Source: an uncultured Ectothiorhodospiraceae bacterium (lineage in GTDB: Bacteria > Pseudomonadota > Gammaproteobacteria > UBA9214). From it: 54,452 nucleotides of DNA. Of this stretch, positions 52,159 to 54,452 are shown piece after piece. Each line of letters starts with the position of its first letter. Within the stretch, counting starts at the first letter, position 1. The stretch spans positions 6,235 to 60,686 of the forward strand of contig CAZMAK010000008.1 of the NCBI GenBank assembly GCA_964564245.1, in the 5' to 3' direction. The notes under the pieces are model-generated. The model made no database searches. It was not told where the DNA came from and saw only the letters and a program-made list of their open reading frames with translations. The position numbers were made by a program, and so were the translations under genes.

Positions 52159-52503
52159 ATGAGTATGATTACCAGGCTGCAGGCCATGCTGGATTCCGGT
52201 CAGGACAATGCGCTGCTGCGCTTTACCCTGGGCGGACAGTTACTGAAGGAAGGTGAGCTGGACAGTGCAATCGCGCACCTGAAGGTCGCGGTCCGGCATG
52301 ACCCCGGATATTCGGCGGCGTGGAAAATGCTCGGCAAGGCATTGCAGGAAAGCGGCGATCACGCCGCCGCGCGGGATGTGTACCTGCAGGGAATCGAGGC
52401 GGCGCACCACAACGGCGATGTGCAGGCGGCGAAGGAAATGCAGGTATTCCTGCGGCGTGCCGAGCGGGCGCTGGCGGAAGGTGATGACGGGAGCGGCACA
52501 TGA
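52159..52503 (+). CDS. Small tetratricopeptide repeat protein
   Basis: GQDNALLRFTLG, DPGYSAAWKMLGKAL, GD.QAAKEMQVFLRR; follows trkA as in Pseudomonas. Confidence 0.88.
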   Translation: MSMITRLQAMLDSGQDNALLRFTLGGQLLKEGELDSAIAHLKVAVRHDPGYSAAWKMLGKALQESGDHAAARDVYLQGIEAAHHNGDVQAAKEMQVFLRRAERALAEGDDGSGT

Positions 52504-52507
52504 ACGC

Positions 52508-53389
52508 TCAGCGATACAGTGAGATTTCTCCCTCGGGGCGGGTACGGAAGCGCTTGTAGCCCCACTGGTACTGGGACGGGCATTCCCGGATGCAGCTTTC
52601 CACGGCGCGATTGATGCCGGCGGCCGAGGTCTCCAGGTCCGCGTCATGGGCCTCGGGTGGCGGACTCCGGAAATGCAGTGCATAACCGCGTCCCCAGGAC
52701 AGCCGTTCGCACCAGACGAATATGATCGGTGCCCCACTCCGTGCGGTGAGGCGCGACAGGAACACCATGGTATTGGCGGCGATACCGAAAAAGGGCGCAA
52801 ACACCCCGGTACCCGCCTGGGGTTCCTGATCCGGCAGCATCGCCACGCTGCCGCCCGCTTCCAGTGTCCTGAACAGTGTCCGTACCCCGCGGGCATTGGC
52901 CGGAACATAGCTGCCCCCGGCCCGGCTGCGTGCCCGGTTCACCAGTGTCTCGAGTCCCTGCAAGCGCAATGGACGGTACAGGCAGGTGATATTGAATCGT
53001 GCGGCGCAGTACAGGCCGGCGGCTTCCCAGGCGCCGAGGTGTGGTGTGGCCAGGATTACACCCTGACCCGCTGTGATGGCGTTTTCAACGAGTTCGAGGC
53101 CGTCGACACGACGGATCAGGCGCAGGATCGAGGACGCGGGCCGTAACCACAGGGCACCGGTTTCCAGGACGGTCTTCCCGGTTTCACGCAGGCACTTCCG
53201 CACCAGGCGCCGTTGCCGTGCCGGGGTGTATTCAGGCAGGCACAGTGCGACGTTTTTCCTGGTGATCTCCCGGATGGCGCCCGGGATCAGCCACAGTCCG
53301 AGACCGAGCAGGTTACCGAGCCCGTGAATGACGGGGAGCGGTAGTGCCGCGCAGAAATAAAGCAATGCCTTGATCGCAATACTTTTCAT
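52508..53389 (-). CDS. Lipid A biosynthesis acyltransferase (LpxL/HtrB family)
   Basis: N-terminal LPL membrane segment, PHLGAWE, LPDQ, APFFG, PSQYQWGYKRF. Confidence 0.92.
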   Translation of the reverse strand: MKSIAIKALLYFCAALPLPVIHGLGNLLGLGLWLIPGAIREITRKNVALCLPEYTPARQRRLVRKCLRETGKTVLETGALWLRPASSILRLIRRVDGLELVENAITAGQGVILATPHLGAWEAAGLYCAARFNITCLYRPLRLQGLETLVNRARSRAGGSYVPANARGVRTLFRTLEAGGSVAMLPDQEPQAGTGVFAPFFGIAANTMVFLSRLTARSGAPIIFVWCERLSWGRGYALHFRSPPPEAHDADLETSAAGINRAVESCIRECPSQYQWGYKRFRTRPEGEISLYR

Positions 53390-53757
53390 GTTAAATATGA
53401 CATAAAACCCACTCTGTATTAAAATCCTGCATAAATGAATAACACTTTCTACACTTTATTGAAAAATCATGAAATGTGTATAAATATTATCTTTATATGC
53501 AAGTAAATAACTTGAAAGTAGATAAAAAATACAGTTATGTGTAATTAATCGAGGTAGTGTGGTAAATAAAATGCGTTTGGCGCCTCGCTGTCAGGTTGGT
53601 CCAGTCATCCCCGCTTGCCATGGCCGACATGATTTCATGCCTTAGCCTCGGTTGCCAATGGCGTAGTATGTCCCAATTTTCTCAAGTATTTGCCTCGACG
53701 TGACGTTGGTCGGAGAATGGGCCGCAGGGAACCGGTCGGCCGGACAACTGGAGCAGG

Positions 53758-54186
53758 ATGATGACGAAGCAGGTGCAGACGGTTTCTCCCCCCGAGGCAT
53801 GGGAACTTGTCAAGAAAGATCAAAGGGCTGTATTGATTGACGTACGATCCAGCATGGAATTCCTGTTTGTCGGTCATCCGGCCGGCAGTATCCATGTGCC
53901 GTGGATCGATGCGCCGGAGTGGACCGTGAATCCCCACTTCGTCACCGAAGTCCGCAAGGTCATGCTCGGCGGTATCGGCGTGGAAGGCGGTGACAAGGAC
54001 GCCCCGGTAGTGCTCATTTGCCGCAGTGGCAAACGCTCACTCGAAGCAGGCAAGCTCTTGATGGAGAATGGTTTTAATGAGGTCTACAATATCAGTGAAG
54101 GGTTCGAGGGCGAGCTGGACGAGAGCCATCACCGTAGCACGACCGGGGGATGGCGGTTTCACGGGTTGCCCTGGGAGCAGTGTTAG
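53758..54186 (+). CDS. Rhodanese-like domain protein (single-domain sulfurtransferase)
   Basis: LIDVRS..EF.FVGHP, active-site CRSGKRS, NI.EGFEG, GW...GLPWEQ; GGAG RBS. Confidence 0.92.
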   Translation: MMTKQVQTVSPPEAWELVKKDQRAVLIDVRSSMEFLFVGHPAGSIHVPWIDAPEWTVNPHFVTEVRKVMLGGIGVEGGDKDAPVVLICRSGKRSLEAGKLLMENGFNEVYNISEGFEGELDESHHRSTTGGWRFHGLPWEQC

Positions 54187-54196
54187 CCGCTGTGAA

Positions 54197-54225
54197 TTGA
54201 CCGGTTGTCAACGGGTAAATATACT
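54197..54225 (+). promoter_or_regulatory. Sigma70 promoter with an overlapping palindrome
   Basis: TTGACC-N17-TATACT; TTGAC-N5-GTCAA inverted repeat (54197-54211) over the -35. Confidence 0.65.
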
Positions 54226-54391
54226 TGATAGGCTTATAATTAAATAGTAAAGCAGAATTTTGATGATCTGGAACGGAGGGCACTGAACCGCTCCCGTATC
54301 CATGTCAAACCATACCGCTGAGTCTATCAGCACGACACGAACCATTCCTCGACATCCTGCAGAGGCATTGGGGTGTCCCTTCTGAGGAGAA

Positions 54392-54452
54392 ATGAATATG
54401 TCAACACCCGCAGAGAATGTAGAAGGCAATGCCCAGCTGGATGCGTGGCTGG
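54392..54452 (+). CDS. 5' fragment of a CDS truncated by the window end
   Basis: GAGGAG SD, then ATG (54392 or 54398); open to the edge: MNMSTPAENVEGNAQLDAWL. Confidence 0.6.
   Translation, partial: MNMSTPAENVEGNAQLDAWL

Noticed and set aside
50669-52503. trkA without an adjacent trkH as a broken transport system
   Set aside because: The trkA-TPR arrangement with an unlinked trkH is known from Pseudomonas; trkH may lie elsewhere.
53369-53396. dif-like site (TCATGTTAAAT resembles the XerD arm)
   Set aside because: The XerC arm does not match at the required spacing, the site overlaps the acyltransferase start codon, and the gene context is typically origin-proximal.
53390-53575. Replication origin / DNA unwinding element
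   Set aside because: I saw no TTATCCACA-type DnaA boxes, and dnaA, rpmH and gidA are not adjacent.
54197-54211. FNR site
   Set aside because: The half-sites are TTGAC/GTCAA with a 5-nt spacer; FNR needs TTGAT-N4-ATCAA.

Overview
GC-rich gammaproteobacterial chromosome segment. A Chromatiales/Thiogranum-like host is inferred from gene content and order, not from a search. It is almost all core housekeeping genes: rhodanese/ArsR-gpmI-envC-ctpA-yibQ; lptM-lysA-dapF-DUF484-xerC-hslVU-DUF971-ubiEJB; argH, hemCD, xth, prlC, purU, aroE, hemB; and hemF-tsaC-topA-smg-dprA-LysM / def-fmt-rsmB-DUF4390-ntrYX-trkA-TPR-lpxL, a block that is origin-proximal in Pseudomonas. I found no rRNA, tRNA, CRISPR array, prophage or transposase. 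The best novelty candidates are regulatory. (1) A stand-alone ~130-nt non-coding RNA candidate at ~34226-34358, with a near-consensus sigma28 (FliA) promoter, three hairpins, an exposed anti-SD-like CUCCUCC and a Rho-independent terminator. (2) A catalytically dead GGDEF protein that keeps its RxxD I-site (candidate c-di-GMP receptor). (3) An NtrX whose AAA+ domain has lost the Walker A Lys, Walker B acidic pair, GAFTGA and one Arg finger. (4) A Pho-box-like operator upstream of an atypical pyruvate kinase. (5) A VPLPA-CTERM surface protein. (6) Three intergenic nested palindromic repeat/MITE composites. None of these has been checked against databases.
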